From contig JBKPCV010000046.1 of assembly GCA_046727575.1 (NCBI GenBank), forward strand, positions 9,474 to 73,473: DNA of 64,000 bases. The letters are read 5' to 3'. Numbering within the stretch: position 1 is the first letter of the stretch; every line of letters begins with the position of its first letter. The DNA comes from Actinomycetota bacterium. Lineage in GTDB: Bacteria > Actinomycetota > Acidimicrobiia > IMCC26256 > DASPTH01. The position numbers were made by a program, and so were the translations under genes. Of the stretch, positions 27,116 to 37,016 are shown piece by piece. The notes below the pieces were generated by a model. The model had not been told where the DNA came from. It ran no database searches and was given only the letters and a program-made list of their open reading frames with translations.

Positions 27116-28212
27116 CAGGCACCGTCCGCTGATGCTCGCGCCGCGACGAAACCTGCGGCGCGGTTGCGCGCGAGCGCGGCGCGTCCAGCCTCGGTGCCCA
27201 CGGGGAACCAGCAGCGATAGCGGTGTCGTGACGTCGTGCCCTCGAGCAACGGTGGTTGTTCGGCGCGGCAGCGATCCTGCACGTAGGCGCAGCGATCGGC
27301 GAACCGGCAACCGACGGGCGGATTCACGAGGTCAGGCGGCCGGCCGGGGATGGCGGCGAGCCGCGTGTGGCTCGGCTCGCCGAGCTTCGGGATCGAGCGC
27401 AACAGCGCCTCCGTGTAGGGCATCCGCATGTGCTCGAAGAGGGTTGCGGTCGGTGCCTCCTCGACGATCTGGCCTGCGTACATCACGATGACGTCGTCGG
27501 TGCGCCCCGCGACCACGCCGAGGTCGTGCGTCACCAGCACGAGCGCCATGAAGCGCTCCGACTGTTGCGCCTCGAGCAGGTCGAGCACCTGTGCCTGCAC
27601 GGTCACGTCGAGGGCGGTGGTCGGCTCGTCGGCGAACAGCAGCTCGGGCCCGGCCGCGAGCGCGACCGCGATGCAGACACGCTGGCGCAGGCCACCTGAC
27701 AGCTGGTGCGGGTACTCGTCCAGCCGTCGCTCGGGATCGGGGACGCGCACCGACGTGAGCAGCGACACCGCGAGTTCCTTGGCGAACTCGCGCGTCACGT
27801 CGAGGTGCGTGTGGATCGACTCTGTGATCTGCTTGCCGATCTTCATCACAGGATTGAGCGAGGTCATCGGGTCCTGGAAGACCATCGCCATGTGCGAACC
27901 CCAGTAGTCGCGCATCTTGCGCGGCCCGAGATGTCCGATCTCCGTGCCCTCGAACATGATCGAGCCTCGCCGCACGACGTCGCGTTTGGGGAGCAGTCCC
28001 ATGATCGACCGCGACAGGACGGTCTTCCCCGACCCGGACTCGCCGACGATCCCGAGCGTCTTGCCGCGCTCGAGCGTGAACGACACGCCGTCCACCGCAC
28101 GCACCAGACCGCGGTCGATGACGAAGTGGGTGGCGACGTCCTCGACCGCGAGCAGCGGCGCGCCGTCCGATCGCGGCGCGTCGGAGGTGGGTTCGGCGGC
28201 GGTCCCGGTCAC
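27115..28212 (-). CDS. peptide ABC transporter ATP-binding protein (OppD/DppD-like)
   Basis: GTG start at 28212 (GTGA overlap with the permease gene). Walker A GESGSGKT and signature LSGGLRQR. Confidence 0.85.
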   Translation of the reverse strand: MTGTAAEPTSDAPRSDGAPLLAVEDVATHFVIDRGLVRAVDGVSFTLERGKTLGIVGESGSGKTVLSRSIMGLLPKRDVVRRGSIMFEGTEIGHLGPRKMRDYWGSHMAMVFQDPMTSLNPVMKIGKQITESIHTHLDVTREFAKELAVSLLTSVRVPDPERRLDEYPHQLSGGLRQRVCIAVALAAGPELLFADEPTTALDVTVQAQVLDLLEAQQSERFMALVLVTHDLGVVAGRTDDVIVMYAGQIVEEAPTATLFEHMRMPYTEALLRSIPKLGEPSHTRLAAIPGRPPDLVNPPVGCRFADRCAYVQDRCRAEQPPLLEGTTSRHRYRCWFPVGTEAGRAALARNRAAGFVAARASADGA

Positions 28213-29207
28213 AATCCTCCTTCTTGTACGTCGAACCGGCTTCGCACGACATCTCCCAGCATGTTGAGGGCGAGCACGGTGAAGAAGATCATCAATGCGG
28301 GCTCGAACACGATGTGCGGCGCCTTCGAGATGTACTGCCGTCCGATGGAGATCATGTTGCCCCAGGTGGGTGTGTCGGGTTCGACGCTCGCACCGAGAAT
28401 GCTCAGCGTGCCTTCCGCGACGATCGCCACCGCGATGCCGAGCAGCGCGATCGAGAACATCGCGGGCAGGACGTTCGGCAGTACCTCGCGGAACACGACG
28501 CGGCGATGCTTCGCGCCCTGCGCTTTGGCCGCGAGCACGAACTCGCGCTCCGACCACGAGAGCGTGCTCGCGCGGGTGATGCGCCCGAGCACGGGGATCG
28601 AGACGATGCCGATCGCGAGGATCAGCGCAACTTCCGGATCGAGGCCGGCGCCGCCGCGCGTGCCGGGCTGCGTGCGGAGGATCGTGACCAGCGCGAGCGC
28701 GAGGATCACCGCCGGGATCGACAGGAACACGTCCAGGAGTGTGCTGACGACTGCATCGACTCGACCCCGGAAGTAGCCACCGAGCAACCCCAGCGTGCCT
28801 CCCAGCACGAAACCCAGCAGCACCGCGCCGGTGGCGACCACAAGGGTGGTGCGGCCGCCCCAGAGCAGCCGGCTGAGCATGTCGCGGCCGTTGAAGTCGC
28901 CACCGAGGAGGTGTCCCGGCGCGGTGCCGGCATCCGCGAACGGCCCGCGCCGGGCGATCTCGGTGATGCTCTCCTTCGGGTCGTCGAGCGGGAGGTAGGG
29001 CGCGAGCAACGCGCCGCCGACGACGAAGGTCATCCACGCGATCGACAGCCAACCGGCAATCCCCAAACCCCTGCGGCGGCGCCGTACCGCGGGGCCGGTC
29101 TCGACCGCGGCGATCTCGATGGTGCCCGCGTCGACCGGCATCCCTCGGGCGGTGGCCTCCTCGACCAACTCGTCGAGTGCGTCCGGCTGTTCAGGCGGCG
29201 CGGGCAC
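28209..29207 (-). CDS. peptide ABC transporter permease (OppC/DppC-like)
   Basis: Multi-TM protein with a BPD transporter inner-membrane region. Positioned between the second permease and the ATPase genes. Confidence 0.85.
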   Translation of the reverse strand: MPAPPEQPDALDELVEEATARGMPVDAGTIEIAAVETGPAVRRRRRGLGIAGWLSIAWMTFVVGGALLAPYLPLDDPKESITEIARRGPFADAGTAPGHLLGGDFNGRDMLSRLLWGGRTTLVVATGAVLLGFVLGGTLGLLGGYFRGRVDAVVSTLLDVFLSIPAVILALALVTILRTQPGTRGGAGLDPEVALILAIGIVSIPVLGRITRASTLSWSEREFVLAAKAQGAKHRRVVFREVLPNVLPAMFSIALLGIAVAIVAEGTLSILGASVEPDTPTWGNMISIGRQYISKAPHIVFEPALMIFFTVLALNMLGDVVRSRFDVQEGGL

Positions 29208-30186
29208 GGCGGATCCTCGGGTCGAGCACGACGTAGAGCGCGTCGATGACGAAGTTCAGGACGACGTAGCCGATCGCGATGATTGCGATGTAGCTCTGGA
29301 GCTCCACGTATTGGCGCGCGTTGATGGCCTGATAGATGAGCGTGCCGATACCCGGCACCGAGAAGATCACCTCCACTGCAACCGCGCCACCGATCAGGGT
29401 GCCGAAGTTGAGCCCCGCGACCGTGAGCAGCGTGAGGCTCGAGGGCCGGAGCGCGTGCCGCCACAGGATCCGGCGGTCGGACAAACCCTTGGCTCGCGCC
29501 ATCGTGATGAAGTTCTCCTGCAACGTCGCGATCATGTCGCTGCGCAGGAGACGCATGTACACCGCGACGAGGCCGGCGGCGAGCGAGATCGCCGGTAGCA
29601 GCAGCGTGCCGAGGTGATGACCGAGGTTGCCGCTCGGCTGTCCGAACAGCGGCTCCAGCCAGCCCGGCTCGTATCCCGTCACCGGGATCTTGCCGAGCCA
29701 GGGTAAGTCGGGCTGCCACTTCACCCCCACGAAGTACGCGAGCGCCAGGGCCAGGACGAAGCTCGGCAACGCGAGGAGCGCGAACGCGCCCGCGTTGATG
29801 CTCCGGTCGGTCATGGTGTTGGCGCGGTACGCGGTCAGGACCCCGAGCGGGATGGCCACGAGCAGGGCGAGGATCTGTGCGTAGAGCATGAGCTGGAGCG
29901 AGACGGGCAGCGCTTTCTCCAACTTGTCGGCAACCGGCAGGTTCGACTGGTAGTCCTTGCCGAGGTCGCCCTGCGCCAGATTGCCGAGCCACGTCGCGTA
30001 CTGCTCGAAGAACGGCCGGTCGAGCCCGTTCTCGTGCCGGAACTGCTGCTTCTGCTGCGGGGTCCCGGTCGGGAGGACGGCGTCGGCGATGTCACCGGGG
30101 AACAGCCGCAGGAGGCTGAACGCGAAGAGCGTCGACAACACGACGACGAGCACCAGCTGGAGCAGCCGTCGCGCGATCATCCGCAT
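29191..30186 (-). CDS. peptide ABC transporter permease (OppB/DppB-like)
   Basis: MRMIARRLLQLVLVVVLSTLFAFSLLRLFPGD is a typical OppB/DppB N-terminus. The protein is multi-TM. Confidence 0.85.
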   Translation of the reverse strand: MRMIARRLLQLVLVVVLSTLFAFSLLRLFPGDIADAVLPTGTPQQKQQFRHENGLDRPFFEQYATWLGNLAQGDLGKDYQSNLPVADKLEKALPVSLQLMLYAQILALLVAIPLGVLTAYRANTMTDRSINAGAFALLALPSFVLALALAYFVGVKWQPDLPWLGKIPVTGYEPGWLEPLFGQPSGNLGHHLGTLLLPAISLAAGLVAVYMRLLRSDMIATLQENFITMARAKGLSDRRILWRHALRPSSLTLLTVAGLNFGTLIGGAVAVEVIFSVPGIGTLIYQAINARQYVELQSYIAIIAIGYVVLNFVIDALYVVLDPRIRRARAA

Positions 30187-30261
30187 GTTCCGAGCCCCCC
30201 AGAGACCGGATGATCCGGACGCGTCACGCGCGGCGCGCCCGGTTGTCGTTCGTTCACCGCC

Positions 30262-31908
30262 TCACGCGGAGCCGTTCAACCACATCCCGACCACAGGGTG
30301 ACGCCCGTAGACGAACGCGGGCTGGCCACCGCCGTCCGGCAGCGGCGGCCCCGCGATGCCCTCCACGTTCTTCTCCGAGGCGATGACCCAGTCCGAGTAG
30401 TACGCCCACACGTTGTAGACCTGCTTCCCGAAGATCTTGTTCACCTGCTCATAGGTCTGCTTGCGCTTCGCCGGATCCTCGGTCTGGCGACCCTGGTCGA
30501 GCAGGCTCTGGAGTTCCGGGTCGGCGATCTTGCCGAAGTTCACGAGCGAGCCGGTCTGCCACCACACGTAGTTGACGTCGGGATCGTCGCCCGGGTGGTT
30601 GCGCCACAGCATGATGCTGAAGTTGCCGCCCACCGCGGAGGCGATGAACGCGGTCTGGTCTTCCTGCTTCAGCGTCGCGTCGATCCCCGCCTTCGCGAGC
30701 TGTTCTTTGATGAGCTCCGCCTCCGCGGTGTTCGCGGGGTCGTTGGTGTGCTCGAGCACGATGTTGAACTGTCCGCCGTGCGCGGCCTTGTACTGGTCGG
30801 CGAGCTTCTTCGCCTGCTTGGCATTGAACCCGGGGTACCCGGTGTTCTTGACGTACCCCATCACGTCACTGTCGAACGGGCCGTCGGCGATGGTGAACAC
30901 GCCGTTGTTGCGCAGCTCGTTGATCTGGTTGCGGTCGATCGCCATGGCGACGGCCTTGCGGGCCGTCAGGTCGTCGAGGGGCGGCTTGGCCACGTTCATC
31001 AGGTAGTAGCGGACCTCGCGCCGCCCGGGCTTCTGCCTCATCACGTTGTACTGGCCCTTCAGCCCGTCCAGCGCGTCCACCTGCTGACCGTCGGAGGTGT
31101 GCATCACGGTGACCTGGCCACCCTGGAGCGAGTTCACACGCTGGCTGGCTTCCGCGATCGGCTTGAACGTGATCTTGTCGAGGTACGGAAGCCGCTGCCC
31201 CTTCGAATCCTTCTGCCAGTAGTCCGGATTCTTGAGCGCCACGAGCTCCTGGTTCACCGTCCAGTGGTCGAGCTTGAACGGTCCCGTGCCAATGAGGTTG
31301 CTGTTGCACGTCGCCGGGTTGTTGAGCTGTGCCGGCGCCACGATGCCGAGCCGTCCATCGAAGTAGAGGAAGCCGTCGAAGTCGACCCACGGCACCGCCG
31401 TCGTGATCGTGAGCTGCAGCGGCCCGTCGACCGTCACGCCCGACACGTCCTTGAAGACCGAGCTCAACAGCACGCCCTTGCGCCACGTCTCGACGTTCTG
31501 GGCGACCGCGTCAGCCGTCAGCGGCGTGCCGTCGTGGAACTTCACGCCGTCGCGCAACGTGACCGTCCACTTCGTGTACGTGGGATCGTGGGTCACCGAC
31601 TTGGCGAGGTAGGGCACGATCTTGTCCTTGCTGTTCAGCGCGGTGAGCGTGTCGTAGATCGCGGCCCCGACCATGATCCCCGAGATCGCGAGCCGCGCCG
31701 TGCTCGGGCACCAGCCGCCGGCGGTCTCGGCTTCGAGGCCGTACACGACGGAACCGCCCGGCTTCGGTGTCGCGGCCGCTGCCGCCTTCCGCGGCGTGGC
31801 GGTCGCGTTCCCGACGTGGAACGCGCTGGCCAATCCGACGACGGCCACGATGACGAGCGCACGTGTCGGCGCCGCGCGTCGCGTCACACTTCCCGTTCCA
31901 ACGCGCAT
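30262..31908 (-). CDS. ABC transporter substrate-binding protein, family 5 (peptide/nickel type)
   Basis: 548 aa with a signal-like N-terminus. First gene of the five-gene operon. SD GGGGGGAG lies before the ATG. Confidence 0.85.
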   Translation of the reverse strand: MRVGTGSVTRRAAPTRALVIVAVVGLASAFHVGNATATPRKAAAAATPKPGGSVVYGLEAETAGGWCPSTARLAISGIMVGAAIYDTLTALNSKDKIVPYLAKSVTHDPTYTKWTVTLRDGVKFHDGTPLTADAVAQNVETWRKGVLLSSVFKDVSGVTVDGPLQLTITTAVPWVDFDGFLYFDGRLGIVAPAQLNNPATCNSNLIGTGPFKLDHWTVNQELVALKNPDYWQKDSKGQRLPYLDKITFKPIAEASQRVNSLQGGQVTVMHTSDGQQVDALDGLKGQYNVMRQKPGRREVRYYLMNVAKPPLDDLTARKAVAMAIDRNQINELRNNGVFTIADGPFDSDVMGYVKNTGYPGFNAKQAKKLADQYKAAHGGQFNIVLEHTNDPANTAEAELIKEQLAKAGIDATLKQEDQTAFIASAVGGNFSIMLWRNHPGDDPDVNYVWWQTGSLVNFGKIADPELQSLLDQGRQTEDPAKRKQTYEQVNKIFGKQVYNVWAYYSDWVIASEKNVEGIAGPPLPDGGGQPAFVYGRHPVVGMWLNGSA

Positions 31909-31982
31909 GATGTACTCCCCCCTCGGTGTCCTCCCCTTGTGCGACCCGCACGTGGGTTACTGGCCGGTAAGCGTACCCAGCA

Positions 31983-32468
31983 ATGGGAGAACTCGATCAT
32001 CACCTCCCCACCTCGAACCGGCGTCGTCGAGCGCCCGGTACCGTCGAGCGCGTGGAGGGCTACCTCCGGGTGACGCCCAGCTGCTCCATCGCGCTCGACG
32101 AGCTCGAGTGGCGGACGTCCCGCTCGGGTGGGCCGGGTGGCCAGCACGCCAACACGTCGGAAACCCGCGTCGAGGTGCTGTTCTCCGTCGCCGACTCCGA
32201 GTCGCTGGGGCCGCGACAGCGCGCCCGGCTGCTCGAACGGCTCGGTCCGGTCGTGCGGGCGACGGCAGCGGACACGCGTTCGCAGGCTCGGAACCGCGAG
32301 CTCGCGCTCGAGCGGCTCCGGGCACGCCTCGCCGAGGGCCTGCGCGTCCAGCGGACCCGTCGCCCGACTCGGCCGACGAGTGCGGCGCGGGAACGCCGCC
32401 TCGACACCAAGCGCCGCCGGGCACAGCGCAAGCGAGAGCGGAAGAGGCCCGCGCTCGAGAACGACTAA
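31983..32468 (+). CDS. arfB: alternative ribosome-rescue factor ArfB (peptidyl-tRNA hydrolase, RF-1 domain)
   Basis: GGQ motif SGGPGGQHANTSETRV and basic C-terminal tail RRPTRPTSAARERRLDTKRRRAQRKRERK. The true start may be GTG 32052 or 32070, because the ORF-track N-terminus is longer than in E. coli ArfB. Confidence 0.75.
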   Translation: MGELDHHLPTSNRRRRAPGTVERVEGYLRVTPSCSIALDELEWRTSRSGGPGGQHANTSETRVEVLFSVADSESLGPRQRARLLERLGPVVRATAADTRSQARNRELALERLRARLAEGLRVQRTRRPTRPTSAARERRLDTKRRRAQRKRERKRPALEND

Positions 32469-32514
32469 CGAGGAGCGCGGCCGGCGCGGCATCGACCTGC
32501 AAAGCTGACCTGCG

Positions 32515-33627
32515 GTGGACGTGGTGGTCAGGGTGTTGTGGTTCGCAGGCGGGTTCCTGCTGCTCGTGCTCGTGCTCGACTCGGCCGTGCGCACCTTCGT
32601 GCTGCCGCGGGGCGAAGCATCGTTCATCACGCGCGTGGTGTTCGTCGGTGTACGCGTGCCGTTCAACCGGCTCGCCCGCATGACGCGGACCTACGAGGGC
32701 CGCGACCGCGTCATGGCTCTGTACGGGCCGATCGGCCTGCTCCTGCTCCCGCTGGCGTGGCTGCTCTTCGTCATCTTCGCCTTCACCGCAATGTTCCACG
32801 CGCTCGGTGTGCGAGGCTTCGAGCGCGCGTTCGAGATGAGCGGCTCCTCCGTGTTCACGTTGGGGTTCGTGCGCCCCCCCGACTTGCCGACGACGATCCT
32901 CGCGTTCTTCGAAGCGGCGAGTGGCCTGACCCTTCTTGCGCTGCTGATCTCGTACCTTCCGACGATCTACGGCGCGTTCTCGCGCCGCGAGGTTCTCGTG
33001 TCCCAGCTTGCGGTGCGCGCCGGCGAGCCGCCGTCCGGAGTGGAGGTGCTCGCGCGCGCGCAGCGCATGGAGCGGTTCCAACTCCTCGACGAGCTGTGGG
33101 TGTCGTGGCAGACGTGGTTCGCGGAGGTCGAGGAGACCCACACATCCCTCGCCGTGTTGAGCTTCTTCCGGTCGCCCCTCGCGCACCGGTCCTGGGTGAC
33201 CGCGGCGGGCACCGTGCTCGACGCGGCGTCGCTCCGCCTTGCTGCCGTCGATCTTCCGTTCGATCCCCAGGCGGGCTTCTGCATCCGCGGCGGGGTGTTC
33301 GCGCTACGCGCCGTCGCGGGGTACTTCGGCATCCCGTTCGATCCCGACCCCGCTCCCCGTGACCCCACGAGCATCAGCGAGGACGAGTTCCTCGAAGCGT
33401 GCGACAAGCTCGTCGCCGCCGGCATTCCGGTGCGCGCCAACCGCGACGAGGCATGGCGCGACTTCAACGGCTGGCGCGTCAACTACGACCAGGTGCTCAT
33501 CGGGCTCGCCGGGATGGTGATGGCGCCGTACGCGCCGTGGTCGTCGGACCGGTCGCTCCGCTACCGGCGGCCGGCCCTTCGCCAGACGCGTCACCCCACC
33601 GACGCCGGCGGCCAGGGCGTGGGCTAG
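32515..33627 (+). CDS. integral membrane protein with a pore-loop (ion-channel-like) region and a C-terminal soluble domain of unknown function
   Basis: TM - FERAFEMSGSSVFTLGFVRPPDLPT - TM arrangement resembles a 2-TM K-channel pore module. The remaining roughly 210 aa have no motif I recognise. Confidence 0.6.
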   Translation: MDVVVRVLWFAGGFLLLVLVLDSAVRTFVLPRGEASFITRVVFVGVRVPFNRLARMTRTYEGRDRVMALYGPIGLLLLPLAWLLFVIFAFTAMFHALGVRGFERAFEMSGSSVFTLGFVRPPDLPTTILAFFEAASGLTLLALLISYLPTIYGAFSRREVLVSQLAVRAGEPPSGVEVLARAQRMERFQLLDELWVSWQTWFAEVEETHTSLAVLSFFRSPLAHRSWVTAAGTVLDAASLRLAAVDLPFDPQAGFCIRGGVFALRAVAGYFGIPFDPDPAPRDPTSISEDEFLEACDKLVAAGIPVRANRDEAWRDFNGWRVNYDQVLIGLAGMVMAPYAPWSSDRSLRYRRPALRQTRHPTDAGGQGVG

Positions 33628-34418
33628 TCGAACAGCGAGGTCTCTCGTACCGGCGGCGTGAAGTCGAGGCGGATGTACCACTCGAGCCCGAACGTGCGCA
33701 GGAAGCCGTCCTCGGGCAGGGCCAAGAAGAACGACTCCTCCGGAATCTGTGTCGCATGCGCGGCCATGGCCGCGCGCTTGCGGCCGATGACGTCCGACAC
33801 GTCGATGATCGTCGTGATGCGCGCCTCGTCGACGCCGAGCTCGAAGTCCTCCGGGTTCGGCGGGCGTGCGTCCGTCGACAGCTCCGAGAACTGGTCCCGC
33901 GCCACGCTCAGAAAGTGTTGACGGCTCACCGTCGCCGCGTACACGCGCGGTGTACCGGCAAGTTCTGCGGCGCGGACTCCCACGCGATGGGTTTGGATGT
34001 GATCGGGGTGACCGTAGCCGCCCCGTTCGTCGTACGTCGTGAGCACCTCCGCCCGTTCCTCGAGGAGGATTTGTGCGAGCCGCGTCGCGGCGTCTGCCAC
34101 GTCGGTCGACCAGAACGAGCCCGCCGCGTCGTTGGTGGCGGTGCCGGCCATGCCGGAGTCGCGATAACCGAGGAACTCCACGCGCGCGACGCCCAAAATG
34201 TCCGCCGCCAGTCGCGCCTCCGCTTCGCGCCGCGGCGCGAGCTCCTCAGCAGGCTGGAGGACTCCGTCGGCGACCTCACCCAGCTCGCCGCGCGTCGCGA
34301 ACACGAGCACAACGCGATGGCCGTCGTCCGACGCGCGCGCCATCGTGCCGCCCGTGATGATCGCTTCGTCATCGGGGTGCGCGTGAAAGCACACCAGCGT
34401 GCCCGACACGCTTCCCAT
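33624..34418 (-). CDS. PIG-L/LmbE family deacetylase (paralog 2, MshB/Mca-like N-terminus)
   Basis: LVCFHAHPDDEAIITGGTMARASDDGHRVVLVFATRGELGEV. Confidence 0.8.
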   Translation of the reverse strand: MGSVSGTLVCFHAHPDDEAIITGGTMARASDDGHRVVLVFATRGELGEVADGVLQPAEELAPRREAEARLAADILGVARVEFLGYRDSGMAGTATNDAAGSFWSTDVADAATRLAQILLEERAEVLTTYDERGGYGHPDHIQTHRVGVRAAELAGTPRVYAATVSRQHFLSVARDQFSELSTDARPPNPEDFELGVDEARITTIIDVSDVIGRKRAAMAAHATQIPEESFFLALPEDGFLRTFGLEWYIRLDFTPPVRETSLFD

Positions 34419-34541
34419 GCTGGCACAACGATCTGCTTGTCAGAATCGCAACCGCACGGCGCGGGCTGCTACCGTGCGCTCTGCACACGCGGGTCGACGC
34501 TTCGCGCGGCCCGCTTTACGTAAGGCACAGGGAGCAAGGCG

Positions 34542-34742
34542 TTGGCGACAGGCACCGTGAAATGGTTCAACGCAGAGAAGGGCTACGGCTTCATCTCTCG
34601 TGAGGACGGACCGGATGTGTTCGTCCACTTCTCGGCGATTCAGGGCAGCGGATACCGCACCCTGGAGGAAGGGCAGAGCGTCGAGTTCGACGTCGGCCCC
34701 GGTCGGAAGGGTGAAGAGGCGCAGAACGTCCGACTCGTCTGA
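34542..34742 (+). CDS. cspA: cold-shock protein (CspA family)
   Basis: [30 protein letters not shown] (RNP1/RNP2). TTG start. A roughly 120-nt upstream untranslated spacer precedes it. Confidence 0.9.
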   Translation: MATGTVKWFNAEKGYGFISREDGPDVFVHFSAIQGSGYRTLEEGQSVEFDVGPGRKGEEAQNVRLV

Positions 34743-34763
34743 CGCTCAACGCTCGTTCCAACG

Positions 34764-34785
34764 CGGCGCGTCCGCGGTCGCGCCG
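34764..34785. terminator. short GC hairpin between convergent cspA and the HAD gene
   Basis: CGGCGCG-TCCGCGGT-CGCGCCG (7-bp stem). Confidence 0.4.
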
Positions 34786-34789
34786 GCGG

Positions 34790-35494
34790 TCACAGCAGAT
34801 CGAGAAGGCCGGTCAGGTCGCGCACGCGTGGCACGTCGAAGTCGGTCTCCGCGGACACGGTCGTGTCGGGCCAGTGCCCGTCGCGCTCCAAGTACACCGC
34901 GCAGATGCCGAGCGCGCGCGGACCTTCGATGTCCGGCCGCCACGTGTCGCCGATGAACAGGACGTCGCCGGGTTCGAGCGCGAGGCGCTCGAGCGCATAC
35001 AGGAAGATCCGAGGGTGCGGTTTGCGCGCGCCTGCCCACGCCGACGACACGAGCAGGTCGACCAGGTCGTCCAACCCCGCCTCGGCGACTGCGGGCTCCA
35101 GGTCCCAGTCCCAGTTCGAGCACACCGCGAGCCGGAGACCCCGGCCCCGGAGCGCCCGTAGCACTTCGGGAACCTCGTCGTAGGCCTCGAGTTCGCGGTC
35201 GGCGCGTCCGGCCTGGAGCTCGTCGAGGATCACCTCGTATTCGCCCGGGTGCACGTCGGCTTCCGCGAGCAGGCTGAGCAGGCGTTCCTGTTGCCAGGCG
35301 ACGTAGTGCTCGCGGCTGCGGGACTGCTCGAGGTGCTCGACGCCGTCGAGATCGCCCTGCCACCACTGTTCCCGTAACTCGTGGGGTAGCGAGTACCCGC
35401 GACCGCCGAGCACGTCGTCAATCGTGATCGGATGTACGTCGGACGCGAGCGTGCCGTAGAAGTCGAACATCACCGAGCGGAAACCGTCGCGCAC
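34790..35494 (-). CDS. HAD family hydrolase
   Basis: Motif I FDFYGTL, then VCSNWD, KPHPRIF, and FIGDTWRPDIEG. The start is either GTG 35494 or ATG 35470. Confidence 0.7.
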   Translation of the reverse strand: MRDGFRSVMFDFYGTLASDVHPITIDDVLGGRGYSLPHELREQWWQGDLDGVEHLEQSRSREHYVAWQQERLLSLLAEADVHPGEYEVILDELQAGRADRELEAYDEVPEVLRALRGRGLRLAVCSNWDWDLEPAVAEAGLDDLVDLLVSSAWAGARKPHPRIFLYALERLALEPGDVLFIGDTWRPDIEGPRALGICAVYLERDGHWPDTTVSAETDFDVPRVRDLTGLLDLL

Positions 35495-35528
35495 CTGCTC
35501 GATTCTACGGACCGTTACGCTGCCGACG

Positions 35529-36992
35529 GTGCGACGAATGGCACTGGTGACCGCGACACTCACCAGCGTTGTGTTCGTCTGTTCGGTCGGAGCTGCCACC
35601 CGTGCGGCCTCCGAACTCGCCCCGCTCGCGCTGAGCTGGCACGCGTGTGGTGCACCGTTGGAGTGTGCGACGCTCACCGTGCCGCTCGACTACGGCGAGC
35701 CGGCGGGACCCACCGTCGATCTCGCAGTGGTGCGCGCGACGGCGCGCGATGCGAAGCGTCGAATCGGCTCGCTCGTCCTCAACCCGGGCGGGCCGGGCGC
35801 TTCGGGCGTCGGCTATCTCCGCGCAGTAGCCGACACGTTCCCCAGGGAACTCCGCGACCGCTTCGACCTGGTGTCGTTCGATCCGCGAGGAGTGGGGGAG
35901 AGCAGTCCCGTCAGGTGCCCGACCGACATCGACCCGCTCTTCGACCAGAGCTTTTCTCCGACGACCGCGGCGCAACGCGCCGGCTTGGTGGATGCGTTCC
36001 GGGTGGTGGTCGACGCGTGCAGCCGAGCGAGCGGGGCGATCCTGCCGCACGTCTCGACCCGCAACACCGCGCGTGACCTCGATCGACTGCGCGCCGCGCT
36101 CGGCGACGACCAGCTCTCGTTCCTCGGTGAGTCGTACGGCAGCTACCTCGGAACTCTCTACGCGTCGCTGTTTCCGCATCGCGCGCGGGCACTCGTCCTC
36201 GACGGTGCGATCGATCCGGGCGGCGATGCCACGAGCGTTGCGCTCGGTCAGGCCAGGGGCTTCGAGCGCGCGCTCGGCGCGTTCCTCCGCGATTGCGCCG
36301 GACGCTCGACGTGCGCGTTCCAGCACAGAGGACGGCCTCGACGCGCCTACAACGCGCTGCGCGCGCGAGCCGCGCGCAAGCCCTTGTCCACGTCGCGTGA
36401 TGGCGACCGCACGGTGAACGCGACGCGCTTCGACGCCGCGGTCTTGGAGGCGCTGTACCGCGGGAGTGCAGGTTGGGCGGGTCTGGCGCGGGCGCTCAGC
36501 GACGCCGAGCGCGGCGACGCGTCGGCGCTCCTCGAGCTCGCCGACTCGTTGATCGACCGCCGATCGGCCGGCGCCGACCACCCTGCTCTGGACGCGTTCT
36601 GGGCCATCACCTGTCTCGACGGCCCCGTCGTCGGCGACCTCGCTGCCGCGGAGCAACTCGAGGCCCGGGCGCGGCAGATCGCGCCTCGACTCGGACCGTT
36701 CGTCGTGAACCTCAGCCTTTCGTGTTCGGTGTGGCCGGTCCCACCGGTGGCGGCGGTGGACCCCATTGCGGCGGACGGAGCCCCTCCGATCCTGGTGATC
36801 GGCACCACCGACGACCCGGCCACGCCGCTCGTGTCGGCGCGGCACCTCGCGCGCGCGCTCGACCGCGGCGTGCTCCTCGTTGCGCGCGGCGTGCAGCACG
36901 GCGGGTTCGGGGTCGGGAACGCCTGTGTCGACCGCATCGTCACGCGATACCTCGTGGAACTGACCGCGCCCCGTGCCGGCCGGCGGTGCTAG
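35529..36992 (+). CDS. secreted alpha/beta hydrolase (tripeptidyl-aminopeptidase-like)
   Basis: Signal-like N-terminus, LVLNPGGPGASG, FDPRGVGES, and GESYGSYLG (nucleophile elbow). Confidence 0.8.
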   Translation: MRRMALVTATLTSVVFVCSVGAATRAASELAPLALSWHACGAPLECATLTVPLDYGEPAGPTVDLAVVRATARDAKRRIGSLVLNPGGPGASGVGYLRAVADTFPRELRDRFDLVSFDPRGVGESSPVRCPTDIDPLFDQSFSPTTAAQRAGLVDAFRVVVDACSRASGAILPHVSTRNTARDLDRLRAALGDDQLSFLGESYGSYLGTLYASLFPHRARALVLDGAIDPGGDATSVALGQARGFERALGAFLRDCAGRSTCAFQHRGRPRRAYNALRARAARKPLSTSRDGDRTVNATRFDAAVLEALYRGSAGWAGLARALSDAERGDASALLELADSLIDRRSAGADHPALDAFWAITCLDGPVVGDLAAAEQLEARARQIAPRLGPFVVNLSLSCSVWPVPPVAAVDPIAADGAPPILVIGTTDDPATPLVSARHLARALDRGVLLVARGVQHGGFGVGNACVDRIVTRYLVELTAPRAGRRC

Positions 36993-37016
36993 AGCGAAGC
37001 GCCGCGAGCGGCCGCT

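Noticed and set aside
33624-33627. CTAG shared by two convergent stop codons (membrane protein and PIG-L paralog 2)
   Set aside because: A trivial consequence of compact gene packing.
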